64,000 bases of DNA from NCBI GenBank assembly GCA_964016885.1, contig OZ024740.1, forward strand, positions 410,874,001 to 410,938,000. Reading direction: 5' to 3'. The notes beneath the pieces are model-generated. The model was not told the origin of the DNA. It did not search any database and was given only the letters and a program-made list of their open reading frames with translations. Every line of letters starts with the position of its first letter. The first letter of the stretch is position 1. Positions 43,149 through 58,309 of the stretch are shown here, one piece after another. The DNA is from Eledone cirrhosa. Lineage: Eukaryota. The position numbers were made by a program, and so were the translations under genes.

Positions 43149-46100
43149 ATGGCTATGCTAAGAGTAGGCTGTTTAAATGCGCGTGGCCTGGGCTCAACTT
43201 GGAAGCAAGCAATGCTTCTAAATGACCTCAGGTCACAACGTATAGATGTGATGGTTATTTGCGAGGACCGGATCAGCAACGTGCGACAGCTGGCCCCCAC
43301 CTTTGATGACTTTGAGATGCACGCATCTCTCTGTCAGCCCGGAGGTGGGGGTGGAGTTGTCGTTCTGCTGCAAAAACATCTGGGTCTCGCAACACAGATG
43401 GTACATTTGGACCCGGAGGGTCGACTAGTGGTTCTGGACCTTGGCAGTGGTAAAGGCGGAGCGTTTAGGTTGGTAGCCGCCTACGGCCCTTTCGGGTCAA
43501 TGCGGCCGGACTTCTTCCATCGTCTGGAGACTTTTCCAGGGACGTCCCGCTCCTTGCTATTAGTGGGGGACTGGAATGGTATCCTAGATGCACGCTGGGA
43601 CTACGTAGGCGCCTGCCCCGATAGAGAGGGGTGTAATAGCCTCAAAGGGTTAATCGGTCGATTTGACCTGGCCGATAGATATCGACTAGATTTTCCGACT
43701 GCGCCAACCTGGACTTGGGCAAATCGTAGCGGATCATCTAGGTCGTACCTAGATAGGTTCTTAGTTAGAATTAAGGATAAGGACTTTTTAAGTTGTCCAA
43801 AAATGCGCATGGTTGGCTATTCAGACCACAAATTAGTGACCTGCATGGTCAACCTTGACAGAACTCATAGACAGGGCCCCGGTTACTGGAAGCTCAACTT
43901 GTCCTTGCCGGCAAGTAGAGCCTACAGGAATCGGATTAGTACGTTAGTTAAGGAACGGTTGACTGGAGCGATCGTCAACAGCAGGTGGTGGGTATCTCTA
44001 AAGAGAGAGATTAGAGTAGTCTCGATAGAGTTTAGTAAGGTTCTAGCTGCGGATAGGAATAGGAAGGAAAGGGAGCTAATAGATAGAGTAGAAGAGGCAA
44101 TTAGAAGCGGCGACGTGGCCAGAGTGCTAGCGTCGAGAACGGCTTTGAGCCAGTTTTTCGACGCGAAGCACGAAGGCTGCGTTATCCGAAGTAAAATACG
44201 TGCTCTAGGGAACGAGGGGACCAAAGCTGTTAGCTGGGCCCGCGTGACAGAGGCCAACAGTGGAACTAAATCCACCATCCGGTCTTTGCGAGACCTGGAT
44301 GGACGGGCGATTCTTGAGCCTAAGTAGATGTGTGAGGCCTTTCAAAGGCACTTTGCCCGACTGTTTGGGAGGGGCGGGGAGCCGGTTGGGAACGTGGACT
44401 TCGGTCCATACCTCAACGGCCTGCCGCGCCTCTCGGACAGGGAGGCGAAGTCCTGCGAGGAGCCGATTTCGGCCGCTGAGATAGAGGACGTGCTGAGCCA
44501 ATGCGGCAAACGCAAATCCCCGGGTCTCGATGGTCTTCCTTACGAATTATATCTAGCTATGCCGGACTTGTTCCCCGATCTCCTCGAGGCGGTCTACTGC
44601 AACTGGCAACAGAACGGGAGAATTCCCTGTACTGTGACCAAGGGCGTAGTCACGCTAGTGAGGAAGGACGAGAACAAGGGGGACGAAATAAGTAACTTCA
44701 GGCCCATAACTCTGCTAAATACAGAGTTACAGATTTTGGCCAAGGTGCTAGCAAAGAGGTTGGCGCTTGTCGTGGGCAACCTGGTGGGAGATGCGCAGAC
44801 ATGCGCTATCCCGTCCAGGTCCATCCATGACAACCTCCACCTCATGCGATACATCATAGAGAGGGTTGGGAACGAACCCGGCTTTGGTGGGGCTCTGATC
44901 AACTTGGATCAATCTAAGGCGTTCGATAGGGTCGACCATGGTTACCTGGATGCGGTGCTAGCGGAGGCAGGCTTCGGACCCGTTTTCAGGGGCTGGATCA
45001 CTGCTATGCACAGCAGCCGCATCTGCTCTAGGGTCAAGGTGAACGGCTACCTCTCGGAGCCGTTCAAAATCGCGCAGTCCATCCGACAAGGGTGCCCTCT
45101 CTCCTCCCTTCTGTATGTGTTGACTCTCGAGCCACTACTGCGGAAGTTGGAGTTGTTGCAGGGCATCCCTTTGGAACCGGGATTGCGGAAAGCGGTGTCG
45201 GCCTACGCCGATGACGTGACAGTAATGGTGTCGACGGCCTCCGAAATCGAGGCGGTCGGCACCTTACTGGAGGAGTACGAAAAGTTCACAGGGGCTAAGC
45301 TGAACCGGGACAAGTCGATCCATTTGCAACTCGGCACGTGGAGGGGCAGACCGATGCCCTCCGATGGCGTCGTCGGACGCTGGACGGAGGGCCCGGTGAA
45401 GTTGCTCGGGGTCTGGTTCGGACGGACCTCCAGGTGGAGAAAAACTGGGCGGAGGTTACGAACAGGGTGTTTGCACTGACCCAGAAGTGGGCCAGTTGCA
45501 AACTATCCCTGAAAGGTCGGGCGGAGGTGGCGAACACCTACATAGCGTCCGTCATCTACTACCGCATGACCGTAGTGCCCTGCCCAAGGGAACCCCTCAC
45601 CAAGATGGAGCGCGCGCTCTTCCAATTCCTTTGGAAGAGGCGGGCTCCTATGGTGAGGAGATCCATCTGCTGTCAACGCCCTTCGAAAGGAGGGCTGGGG
45701 ATGCCTTGGCTAATGATGCGTAAACACGCATTAAGGCTACGGCACCTCTACGTATTCCTCACCGGACAACCGGTGTGGGCCTCGTTTGTGAGACGAACCT
45801 TTCCCAGACTCGTCTCACTCACCGAGCTGCAATCCTGGGTCAAGCAAAGACCGAGAAAACTGGGCGCCTGGCACAGTGAGTGTGCCCAGGCGCTCACCGC
45901 CCTCTGGCAGGCGGATCCGGTTATCAGTGGAGACTCCACCGCAACATTCTATAGAGGGCTGGTACGCATCAGGTGCGACGACGCCCTCGGAGAAGCCCTA
46001 GACATGGAGGAGGACGAACTGGCCGGCCTGTTCGGTAGGACATTCAGCCCGGGACCTATGGACAACTTCCAGAAGTCCCTGGCCTGGCAGTGCTATCGAG

Positions 46101-46585
46101 GAGCTTTACCCGTTCGAGAAAGGCTCTACAGACACGGGCGCCCGGGTAGGGACCCCGCCAAAAAGATCTGTCCCAGATGCGTGTGCGACGAGGAAACCGT
46201 TGCACACGCATTGGTACACTGCTCGGGCGTAGCCGATCTGTGGGGCTATGTCGAACAACTGCTGTCAAAGGTGGGACCGATCCGGTTGACCACCGAGTCT
46301 ATTGTAATGATCAAGCCGCCTCCCCCCTTCAAAGATGAAGCAGAGGCGGTGTTTCTGTGCGTAATAGCCATGGCGAAAGAGGTTGTATGGTGGACGCGTC
46401 TGAAAGGACTGAAGTCAGGCACCTTTCTCTCTGGCCAACAACTGGTCCGTTTCTTCCGATATCATTTCGGAAGAAGGATCAGGATGGAGAGAGAGGTGCT
46501 GCACCCCAGTCGTTTTTATGAAAGGTGGGTGAAAGTGGCGAGAATGGCCCGTGTGAATGGGCCTTCTCTTTACATAAGCCTGTAG
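43149..46585 (+). pseudogene. LINE ORF2 (APE endonuclease, RT, C-terminal CCHC) with one stop (44325) and one frameshift (~45420)
   Basis: LNARGL, GDWN, SYLDRF, SDHK, KSPGLDGLPYE, FRPITLLN, DQSKAFDRVDH, IRQGCPLS, AYADD, CPRC..ETVAHALVHC. Confidence 0.95.
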
Positions 46586-47316
46586 GTGGAAAAGAGGAAG
46601 GAACGAGGGAGCACCCCCTCTCTGTACTCCTGGGGAAAAGGGTTGCACACTTTTTTCGGGTGTGTGTGCGACCCCCCAAGGCGCCTCCTCTCTATTGAGG
46701 ATTTTGTTATAAATTTTATTTTTTGTTATATTTTATAACAAAATCCTCTATTGAGGATTTTGCTATAATTCTATTTTTTGTTATATTTTATTTTATTTTT
46801 ATATATTGTTATTGCCTCCTCCCTATTGAGGACGCCTTGTTTTGTAAACTCCCCCATTGTACTTGTCCCACTTTTGATGCCCTTGTGGCAAATAAAAGAA
46901 ACATATCTATCTATCCTACACTTCCCTTACTATTTCGCTCCTTATAGTGCTTCTTTTTTCTGATATCAAATTCACCACTCGTTAATGTCCTTACTCTCTC
47001 TTACACTCTTGCTCATTTCGTATAATTAATCATATGCTAATTCTAAATATACCTGAAACAACTGAACCATTACCGCACTCATTAAATATGGTAATTAATT
47101 GATTAGAGCCGTATCACTCTTGTTTGATGGCAAAATCAATCACTATACTTCGCTAATTATCTGCCTAAATTCTACAAATATTCTACAAAATCTAATTAAC
47201 CTATACTTGGAGAAATTCCATTGGGTAGGATGGGGCATCGCCAGTCAAATATGGCTGCCAAAAATGAAGAAATGTGTATGCAAGAACAGAAAACAAAAAT
47301 ATAATATAGGTAGAGA

Positions 47317-47508
47317 AATAATTGTTTCTACTTTTGGCACAAGGCCAGCAATTATCCCAGTGCATTACTGGTACTTTATTTTATCGACCCCATACGGATG
47401 AAAGGCAAACTTAACCTCGGCGGGATTTGAACTCCGATCGTAAAGGGCCGTAACTCTATGCTGCAAAGCATGGCGTCCGACCCTCCATCAATACTGCCAA
47501 TCCCACCC
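47317..47508 (-). mobile_element. tRNA-derived SINE (main family)
   Basis: Matches the family consensus. Confidence 0.88.
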
Positions 47509-47526
47509 TCTTAGATAAAAGAAATT

Positions 47527-47587
<61 letters not shown>

Positions 47588-47605
47588 TAGATAGGAACGA
47601 GTAAG

Positions 47606-47701
47606 ACCCCGACGGCTGAGCTCAAGCCGTTTCGACGGCTAATTCTGGACTAAATGAACATTTTTATCCTGGTATTTGAATAGCCGAGCTTCTCAAGGGG
47701 T
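47606..47701 (-). ncRNA. Type I hammerhead ribozyme, U3-A8 variant (family G); plus-strand copy at 49694-49789 with weakened stems
   Basis: The minus strand reads ACCCC-TTGAGAA-[GCTCGGCTATTC..GAATTAGCCGTC]-GAAA-CGGCT TGAGCTC AGCCG-TC-GGGGT. Confidence 0.8.
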
Positions 47702-49974
47702 AATTCCATATATGGTAAAAGTGGTTGTCACAAGGATTGGTCAAAAGTTTGTTGTTGAGACATAATAATTCTATGATGGAAATTTGTGAAGGGAAGGGGT
47801 AGCTGTACCTGCCAGTAGGAGAAAGAGGGAGAGGGGGTGGAGGAGACCCATTCATGCGTTGATAGTGCCGACTACAGCTGGGCATGAGGTCAAAGAAGAT
47901 ACTAGGGAGGGGGAGGGGGAGGAAGTCGAAACAATAAGTAGAACAATATGGGGTAAATATATAGAAAAATACCGAGTGTTAAAAAGCAATTAAATGTAAA
48001 AAAAAAAAAAACAATTTCTGGTTACTACGACCTAAGTCTCTCACTGGTACTGCTAGGCTAAAGAAAGGTATACTAGGTGGGACGGAATTATAATGAGACC
48101 CTTTTAAGAGGTATAAGTAATAAACCGAGTATATCTTACGGTGACGGGTCAACAAGTGAGGGGCCAAAATACTCAAGAAACTACCACGAAATAATAAATA
48201 AAGGTTTCTAGCCCAGGCACAAGGCCAGCAACCACCCAGTGCAAAAAAGTAAACTAATACGAAATAATAATTCAGAGTCCCGAAAAAGAATACTAATACT
48301 ATCTCTAAGGGTGCCGCCACGATACAAAAGTTCTAGTGCAAGCTACATAAAAGCTCGTACGAAGTATATGTAATATATGATGCGGAAAATCAATTCAGAA
48401 CCCCCGCCCCCCCCAAAAAAAAATACTGATATACGAGAAATTAAAGCAAAGATACCACTAAGAAATAAATACTGATATACGAGAAATTAAAGCAAAGATA
48501 CCACTAAGAAATATAGAAAGCACGTAAAAGGGGCAGCGGTCGGACCAACTCCTAAACAAGAAAGAGGAACTGGTTACTGCATGTAAACCCAGATTGCGTA
48601 GGACTTACCTCGCCCTCAAACCCCATAATGACTCGGGGGGGGGGGGGGTAGACTAGTGCTATAACACCCCACTTGCCGATTTTGTAATGGGTAACCCCTG
48701 CTTGCAAAGGTAGACGTAAGACCCTCTTTTATATCTTTTTATCGCTTCCTCTATATTTCCTTCTTCCCCCCATCCCTCCCTAGTCCTTCCACCCCAGTTC
48801 TCTTTCTTTGTCGTCGTCTTTTTCTCGCAGCCCCTCGGTCCTTTGTAGCCTCAGTAGCCCCACCCCCTTCCTCTATTCTATGATAGATTTGGCCGACTCC
48901 GCTTTTTATAGCAGATGTGTTAGACCCGGATACTTGCCCTCTTATCCGACTGCAGCCCCTTTTCCGTGCTTTCTATATTTCTTAGGGGTGATTCTGAATT
49001 AATTTTCCGTATCATATTTTACATATACTTCGTACGAGCTTTTATGTAGCTTGCACTAGAACTTTTGTATCGTGGTGGCATCCTTAGAGATAGTATTAGT
49101 ATTCTTTTTCGGGACTCTGAATTATTATTTCGTATTAGTTTACTTTTTTGCACTGGGTGGTTGCTGGCCTTGTGCCTGGGGTAGAAACCTTTATTTATTA
49201 TTTCGTGGTAGTTTCTTGAGTATTTTGGCCCCTCACTTGTTGACCCGTCACCGTAAGATATACTCGGTTTAATACTTATACCTCTTAAAAGGGTCTCATT
49301 ATAATTCCGTCCCACCTAGTATACCTTTCTTTAGCCTAGCAGTACCAGTGAGAGACTTAGGTCGTAGTAACCAGAAATTGTTTATTTTTTTTTTTACATT
49401 TAATTGCTTTTTAACACTCTCGGTATTTTTCTATATATTTACCCCATATTGTTCTACTTATTGTTTCGACTTCCTCCCCCTCCCCCTCCCTAGTATCTTC
49501 TTTGACCTCATTCCCAGCTGTAGTCGGCACTATCAACGCATGGATGGGTCTCCTCCACCCCCTCTCCCTCTTTCTCCTACTGGCAGGTTCAGCTACCCCT
49601 TCCCTCCACAAATTACCATCATAGAATTATTATGTCTCAACAACAAACTTTTGACCAATCCTTGTGACAACCACTTTTACTATATATGGAATTACCTGTT
49701 GAGAAGTTCGGCTATTCAAATACCAGGATAAAAATGTTCATTTAGTCCAGAATTAGCCGTCGAAACGTCTTGAGCTCAGCCGTCGGGGTGTTACTCATTC
49801 ATATTACCCACTCTACTACCCTAAGTATTGAGTACTTTGGTGCTTTATGGTCCACCTGGTTCCTTACCACATTTCCTCCGTTATCTAGCTCCTATTCCCG
49901 TAGTAGAGCACTTTCCGCCCCTACCACGCGGTATCCAGACTTTTCCGCTAAGCTCAAGTTCTTTCACCCGCACC

Positions 49975-52144
49975 ATGCGAAAACACAACATCGAGTTCTC
50001 TACCAAGAACATCCCAGTCCCACCGAAAAAACTTTACCTTCGGATGCTCACGCAAAAAATCGATCTATTTGCGAAATGACTTAGATGGAGAACTTTTTCC
50101 TACGACAGATATTGCGACAATCAGGACTTCGGTACCAAGGAGAGATTCGGATTTATTACCTACAAATCTCCCCCTCCGAACCCTATGCTCTCACCCTTCG
50201 AGAATGACCTTTTCCAACTGGTCAAGAACATTAAATTCAAACCCAGGCACAACCGATTCCTACAAAAACTCCGTAGCAACTTAACAGAGTATGATAACAC
50301 CAATGACATCATGGTGCACTCGGATAAAACTGGTAACCTCTATTTTGTCAACCCCGACAGATACCACATTCTGATCAGGAGCAGCCTAAACTCCACCTAT
50401 AAAAAGGCTAACCACTCATGCATCGAGGACATGAATCGAGATGGACAACAAATCACCTCCAGCCTCGGGGTCGCCGACCGCACGGAACCCCTAGACCCAC
50501 GGACACCCTACTTCACACTGAATGACCACAAATCCGATTCCGACCGTAAACCTTCTATCAGGCTTATAAACCCAACGAAGTCCGACATAGGGAGAATAAG
50601 CAAAAAATCCTAGACCGCGTTATACCAAAAGTTAAGCAACACGCCCGACTTAGCCTATGGGTCAACACCCAGGAAGTAATCTCATGGTTCAGCAATATGG
50701 AGGAAAAACGAGACACTAAATTCATCCAGTTTGACATAGAGAGTTACTATGCTTCAATCACCTTACCGCTAATACGGCTGCCTTGGACTTCGCCGAAGCA
50801 CTTGTGCCCATCACCGATCAGGAAAGAAACATCATCCTCCACGCCAGGAAGACAGTCTTACTGTTCGACAACTCCAAATGGATAAAGAGAGCTCCCGACT
50901 CACCCTTCCACGTCAGCATGGGCGCGACGGATTCGGCTGAGGTCACAGATCTTATAGGATTATTCCTAATAACCAAACTCACTGATATGTTTCCTGCATT
51001 CGGTAGTGGATTGTACCGTGATGATGGGCTCCTTACACTTAAAGGGTACAACCCCAGTAGTACAGATCGGGTCCGTAAACAATTAATCAGCTTCTTCCGC
51101 GACTGGGGATTTAAAATAACCCTACAAACGTCCCTGACCCGAGTAAACTTCCTGGACGTTACCCTTGACCTCGATAATGATCTGTACTACCCATACAGGA
51201 AACCTAACGACAACCTGCACTACATCCACCGCAGGTCAAACCATCCTAGGAACATCACCAATAACCTGGTTAAAAACATATCCCTCCGCATATCCCGTTT
51301 GTCAGCTAATGAGTAGATATTCGAGGAACATGCGCCTTATTACAACCAGGGCCTCAAGCGGAGTGGTTTCCGGCAGGAAATATCCTACTGTCCAGCTTCC
51401 ATTAGCGGAACCAGCAGACGACACCGCCGCTCACGCAATGTAACATGGTTCAATCCTCCCCACGACGCCGAGGTGACAACTCCTATCGGGAAAATCTTCT
51501 TTAGGCTCATTGAAAAACACTCCCCACTACAACACCGCTACCACAACATAATTAACAAAAATACCATCAAACTCATTTACAGCACCACACCTAACTTTGC
51601 ACAAAACATCGTCTCCTCTAACAACAAAAAACTCAACCCCTATGGAAGAAATAATCTAAATAGCAGTGGAGAGCCGACCAAGAGGTGCAACTGTCCTGAT
51701 GGATCCATTTGCCCCCTCGACAACAGATGCAGAGATCGTAATGTGATCTACCAATGCAACGTGAGGAGGCACACCTCCAAGAAAGCTTATATAGGATTAA
51801 CCGCATGTGACTTCAAGACCCGGCTCTACCAACACAGACATACCTTCCGAAACCCGGCCCGGCTTCACGCCACTACACTTTCGGGCCACATATGGTACCT
51901 CAAGGATAACAACATTACCTATGATCTCACTTGGAGCTTACTGTCCAGAGCCAACTCTTACACGGGAGGACGCCGTCCGTGCAATTTATGCTCGGAGGAA
52001 ACTTTACAAATGTTGTTTTCGACGGACCAACTCCTAAGCAAGAAAGATGAACTGGTTACTGCATGTAAACACAGATTGCGTAGGACTTACCTCGCCCTCA
52101 AACCCCATAATGACCCGGGGGGGGGGGGTAGACTAGCGCTATAA
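49975..52144 (+). pseudogene. Disrupted PLE polyprotein (YRDD RT plus GIY-YIG)
   Basis: FSTKNIP, SDKTGNLY, IRLINPTKSDIGRISK, QFDIESYY, GLYRDDGL, NFLDVTLDL, SNHP, WFNPP, CNC..CP..C..VIYQC..YIGLT..FKTRLYQH..CNLCSEE..CKH. Stops at 50077 and 51314, plus frameshifts. Confidence 0.93.
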
Positions 52145-53069
52145 CACCCCACTTGCCGATTTTGTAATGGGTAACCCTACTTGCAAAGGTAGATGTAAGA
52201 TCCTCTTTTATATCTTTTTATCGCTTCCTCTATATTTCCTTCTTCCCCCATCCCTCCCTAGTCCTTCCACCCCAGTTCTCTTTCTTTGTCGTCGTCTTTT
52301 TCTCGCCCACCCGAGGCAGCCCCTCGGTCCTTTGTAGCCTCAGTACCCCCCACCCCCTTCCTCTATTCTATGATAGATTTGGCCGACTCCGCTTTTTATA
52401 GCAGATGTGTTAGACCCCGGATACTTGTCCTCTTATCCGACCGCTGCCCCTTTTCCGTGCTTTCTATATTTCTTAGTGGTATCTTTGCTTTAATTTCTCG
52501 TATATCAGTATTTATTTCTTAGTGGTATCTTTGCTTTAATTTCTCGTATATCAGTATTTATTATTTTTTTTTTTTGGGGGGGGGATTCTGAATTGATTTT
52601 CCGTATCATATTTTACATATACTTCGTACGAGCTTTTATGTAGCTTGCACTAGAACTTTTGTATCGTGGCGGCACCCTTAGAGATAGTATTAGTATTCTT
52701 TTTCGGGACTCTGAATTATTATTTCGTATTAGTTTACTTTTTTGCACTGGGTGGTTGCTGGCCTTGTGCCTGGGGTAGAAACCTTTATTTATTATTTCGT
52801 GGTAGTTTCTTGAGTATTTTGGCCCCTCACTTGTTGACCCGTCACCGTAAGATATACTCGGTTTATTACTTATACCTCTTAAAAGGGTCTCATTATAATT
52901 CCGTCCCACCTAGTATACCTTTCTTTAGCCTAGCAGTACCAGTGAGAGACTTAGGTCGTAGTAACCAGAAATTGTTTATTTTTTTTTTACATTTAATTAC
53001 TTTTTAACACTCGGTATTGAGTACTTTGGTGCGTTATGGTCCACGTGGTTCCTTACCACATTTCCTCCG

Positions 53070-53275
<206 letters not shown>

Positions 53276-53515
53276 ATATATATATATATATATGTGTGTA
53301 TATACTTTAACTTTAATTATATCTCATAAAATAATACAACTGGTTTTTCCACATTATACATATTGTTAGCACTCCAAACACTTAAATTGGGTTTATATTT
53401 TAATATAACCTAATGTTTGTTGAGTGAGATGGTTACCAGTTAGAGTTTAGCTTTAAACTATCTCTGTTATTGTATTAAATATATGTGTATATATATATGT
53501 ATATATATATATATA

Positions 53516-53568
<53 letters not shown>

Positions 53569-54534
53569 TGTTACCTTTTTTTTTTTTTATTCTATTAATC
53601 TTCTATTTTTCTATTTTCTTACTCCTTTATTTATGAATTTAATTATATATATTATTATATGTGTATGTATGCTTGCATGCATGTGTATGGACATATATGT
53701 AAGGTTACATGGTGTATATTTGTGCAAGTATAACAGGATGCATCCTTCCATGGATAACCCTGTATGACCTTTTGTGCAAATTTATATGACTGTGAGTATA
53801 TCATATTGGAGTAAGGATAGAGATATATAAATGCGTGCGTGTATCTTCTTTGTGGATGTAAGTGTACACGGAGGTAGCCGGGCGAATATTTGTTGGAATG
53901 TATGAGCCAGTGAATGTCTGTCAGTGTGCCTGTGTGTGTATGTATGTGTATATGGGTGTATGTTGTGTGGGTACACCCACATAGGACATGTTTATGTGCG
54001 TGTACATATACATATGTGTAGATATATATACATGTCTGTATGTGTGTGTGTATGTTGGTGTCTTTTGAAGTGTGCCCATCCTTGTTGCCTATCAATAAGG
54101 ACAGGCGTCTATGTGTGTGTGCGCGTGTGTGTGTCTATGTATACGTCTATGCGTGTTTGTGTATATGTGCAGAGGTACGCGAACGCTGATACGTGTCCTT
54201 GAATGCGTGTACGTGTGTGTCTGCGCGTGTGTGCGCGTGTGCGTTCGTGTGAGAGCGGATGTATGAGACTATATAGGCAGGTGCCAGTGGACGTGTATTG
54301 GTGTGTATATGGGTCTGGGTGTGCTTGGGTATGTGTAGGAGAGGGAGTGTGTGTGTGTGTATTTGTATATGGGTGTGTGTGTCTACATATGTGTGCGTAC
54401 ATATGTGTATGCATATAGGTGTATGTGTCTGCGTGTGTGTGTATGTGTATTTGTATGTACGTGTGTATCCGTGGGTATATACTCGCGAGTGTGAGCGGAC
54501 GTGTGAGATACCAAACCCAGCATGACTCCATTGA

Positions 54535-54806
54535 ATTGTGTCGGACGAAGAGTGGCTGATGACCAGTGTGGTAGCAAATAGTGACCAGAATTTATGATGA
54601 CGTAAAAAACAACAGCCAATGGCCAATGGCAAGAGTGGAAGATGTTTTTTGAAGGTGTTTTATTTTAAGCTAAAACCTCAGTGAGAAAATTTGCTCCGAA
54701 AGCATTGCATGTGTCCGAAGAACCTGCAGTTGTAGAATCAGGCAGATCCACACAATGAGCATGCCTCGAGCTATCTGCCGGCGAAACAATTGTAACACGC
54801 AATAAA
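54535..54806 (+). ncRNA. Possible decayed HHR with a very long stem II (family J)
   Basis: TTGTGT-CGGACGA-AGAGTGGCT...(~215 nt)...AGCTATCT-GCCGGC-GAAA-CAATTG-TA-ACACGC-AATAAA. Confidence 0.4.
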
Positions 54807-54926
54807 CTGAGTCTAGATGCACCACTGATTTTTCGTTTGTTTATATTATTTACATTCTGCTCTGTAAGAACATTGAGTGCTCAACTGGCATACCGCCTAT
54901 GGAAGCACCATAGTTACCATACACAC

Positions 54927-55077
<151 letters not shown>

Positions 55078-55129
55078 CATATATATATATACATATATAT
55101 ATATGTATATATATATGTATATATATATG

Positions 55130-55178
<49 letters not shown>

Positions 55179-55305
55179 CTATATATATGTATATATATAT
55201 ATATATGTATATATATATGTATATATATATTATATATTATATGTATATATATAATACATATTATATGTATATATATAATATATACATATAATATATAATA
55301 TACAT

Positions 55306-55493
55306 AATTCTTTTTACTTTTGGCACAAGGCCAGCAATTACCCAGTGCATTACTCGTACTTTATTTTATCGACCCCGTAAGGATGAACGGCAAAGTTAAC
55401 CTCGGCGGGATTTGAATTCAGAATGGCAAGGGCCGTAAATCTATGCGTCAAGCATGTCGTCTGACCCTCTACCGATACTGCCAATTCACCGCC
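55306..55493 (-). mobile_element. tRNA-derived SINE (main family)
   Basis: Matches the family consensus. Confidence 0.85.
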
Positions 55494-55914
55494 AAGGTAG
55501 AGCAATAATATTTCAGAAAATGAGGGGATTTTTATGTATGAGAAAATGAATCCGATGAAGGAATACCCATCCATAAATGGAGAAAGAGTGAAAAAATCAA
55601 AACTTGAATTAAAAAATTAAACAAAATCTTTCAGAAAAAATCCGCAGAAAAAGTTTGTATGATGGCTATGGCAGAATACTGTGTTTACCTTTGAGACGAA
55701 TCCTTATTATATACCTGACGATTTGGATATCTGAGCCTTGTGTGCAAAACACCTAGCAACTGTGGTCTTAGAAAGTTATACAATGAATCACTATATATAT
55801 ATATGAGCTCTGCCGTCGGGGTTATACTTGCTCCTATTACCCACTCTACTGCCCTAAGTATTGAGTACTTTGGTTCGTTATGGTCTATCTGGTTCCTTAC
55901 CACAATTCCTTCGT

Positions 55915-56022
<108 letters not shown>

Positions 56023-56024
56023 TT

Positions 56025-56239
<215 letters not shown>

Positions 56240-56641
56240 TTTATATATATAGTTTATTATTCAAGATTGGTATGAATGAAAACATCAAATCTCCCACTCT
56301 CTAACTATAACATGATTTCAAACTACCGTTCACATTTAACAAGTGTTTTCGAAATATCGATATCCTCATTATTTTCATTTCATGTTTTCACATCTATCCT
56401 TATATCCGGAGTTTCATATCAATATGATTTAACTACATATATCATAATTACTTGTATCCGGATTCTCCTCATGACAAATATGAACTTTTACTCTTTGATA
56501 TATTACTTTAACTATCGTATCATTCACCCCTTCTTTCGATGTCTCCTATTTAAATCTGTTATTTTTGTTCTGACATTTCTCGATGAATTGTTTTGACAAT
56601 CATTTTATCATTCTCTCATTCTACCTCTCTCTACCTGACTG

Positions 56642-56728
<87 letters not shown>

Positions 56729-56750
56729 TATATATATATACATACATATG

Positions 56751-56797
<47 letters not shown>

Positions 56798-56831
56798 GTA
56801 TATATATATATATGTATGTATATATATATAT

Positions 56832-57211
<380 letters not shown>

Positions 57212-58048
57212 ATATGCGTGCGTCACGCAAACTTTTACTTGAAATGGTATATGCCTGTGATCTGTTTCAATGAAACAGAGTAAAGATTTTGACATTTGAC
57301 ATTTCAATAATTACAGTCAATAGATGATATCATAAAACCCTTCCAGATCCGAGCTATGTTATTTCTGTGTAATATTTATGAGATCCATCTTGGAAGTTAA
57401 TCTCTGTGCATTGCATTTAGGGACTATAATTTGATTTACAATGCAGGAGGTAAACTGGCAGAATCAGTGTGTGTTGGACAAAAGTAATGTTATTTTCGTG
57501 ATATTTTCGGATTCTAGGTAAGGTATATGTTGACCTGCATTAACTCAGGGTTGATAATATATGTAGCAGTGAACTTCTATTATCAATATAATCCAGTTGG
57601 TTATGCGTTGCTAACATAGGTGGAATTCTAATTACGTTCTAAGCCTATAGTTTAATTACTTATTTTGTTTTATCTTTTGCGTTCAGACGAATGTTTTTCA
57701 CATTGCTTTTGATTTTTCTGGGACCTATAAAACAAATATGCAAGACGATCTAGGCATTATTAACTTCTCTAAACTTCTATGGAAAAATCCGTTATAATAA
57801 TATATGTTTCTAAGATATAAAAATGCGTTTATATATAAGATGCAAATTTTGTGTATCTGTACATTATTTATTCTTTTCTTTTAAATCTGTCGTTTCCTCA
57901 AACTCTCTTTTATGTTTTTCATTAACTTCTATTGTTATATATACTATCACTCTCGTCTGATAGCTCGCTATGTTTCTGTATTGGTTCACATGCCCCTGTC
58001 TGTCTATTTTATGACTTTATCAGAGAAAACGAAAATGCATTAAAGAAG

Positions 58049-58110
<62 letters not shown>

Positions 58111-58194
58111 TAAAATAACAGGTTCTTATATATCTGATATATATTTATCCTTATCGAGCCCTCTTTGGATTTTAGTCTTCAAATTTATTATTAT

Positions 58195-58233
<39 letters not shown>

Positions 58234-58309
58234 AAACTTCTTATATATATATAGAGAGAGAGAGAGAGAGTGAGAGAGAGAGGGGCAGGGAGAGTGAATG
58301 ACAGGTATC

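Larger units (their letters stand above)
41609..46903 (+). mobile_element. L1/Tx1-type LINE copy 2, nearly full length, with a 15-bp TSD
   Basis: ORF1 plus ORF2, AATAAA at 46891, and TATCTATCTATCCTA at both 41594-41608 and 46904-46918. Confidence 0.95.

Noticed and set aside
50077-50079. In-frame TGA in the PLE ORF as possible selenocysteine
   Set aside because: It falls at an expected Arg (K-R-L-R-W), consistent with CGA>TGA decay. The ORF also has TAG stops and frameshifts, and I recognise no SECIS.
57920-58052. HHR-like GAAA-ATGCAT-TA-AAGAAG
   Set aside because: The 3' half fits, but no CTGANGA-like core lies next to a stem I partner.
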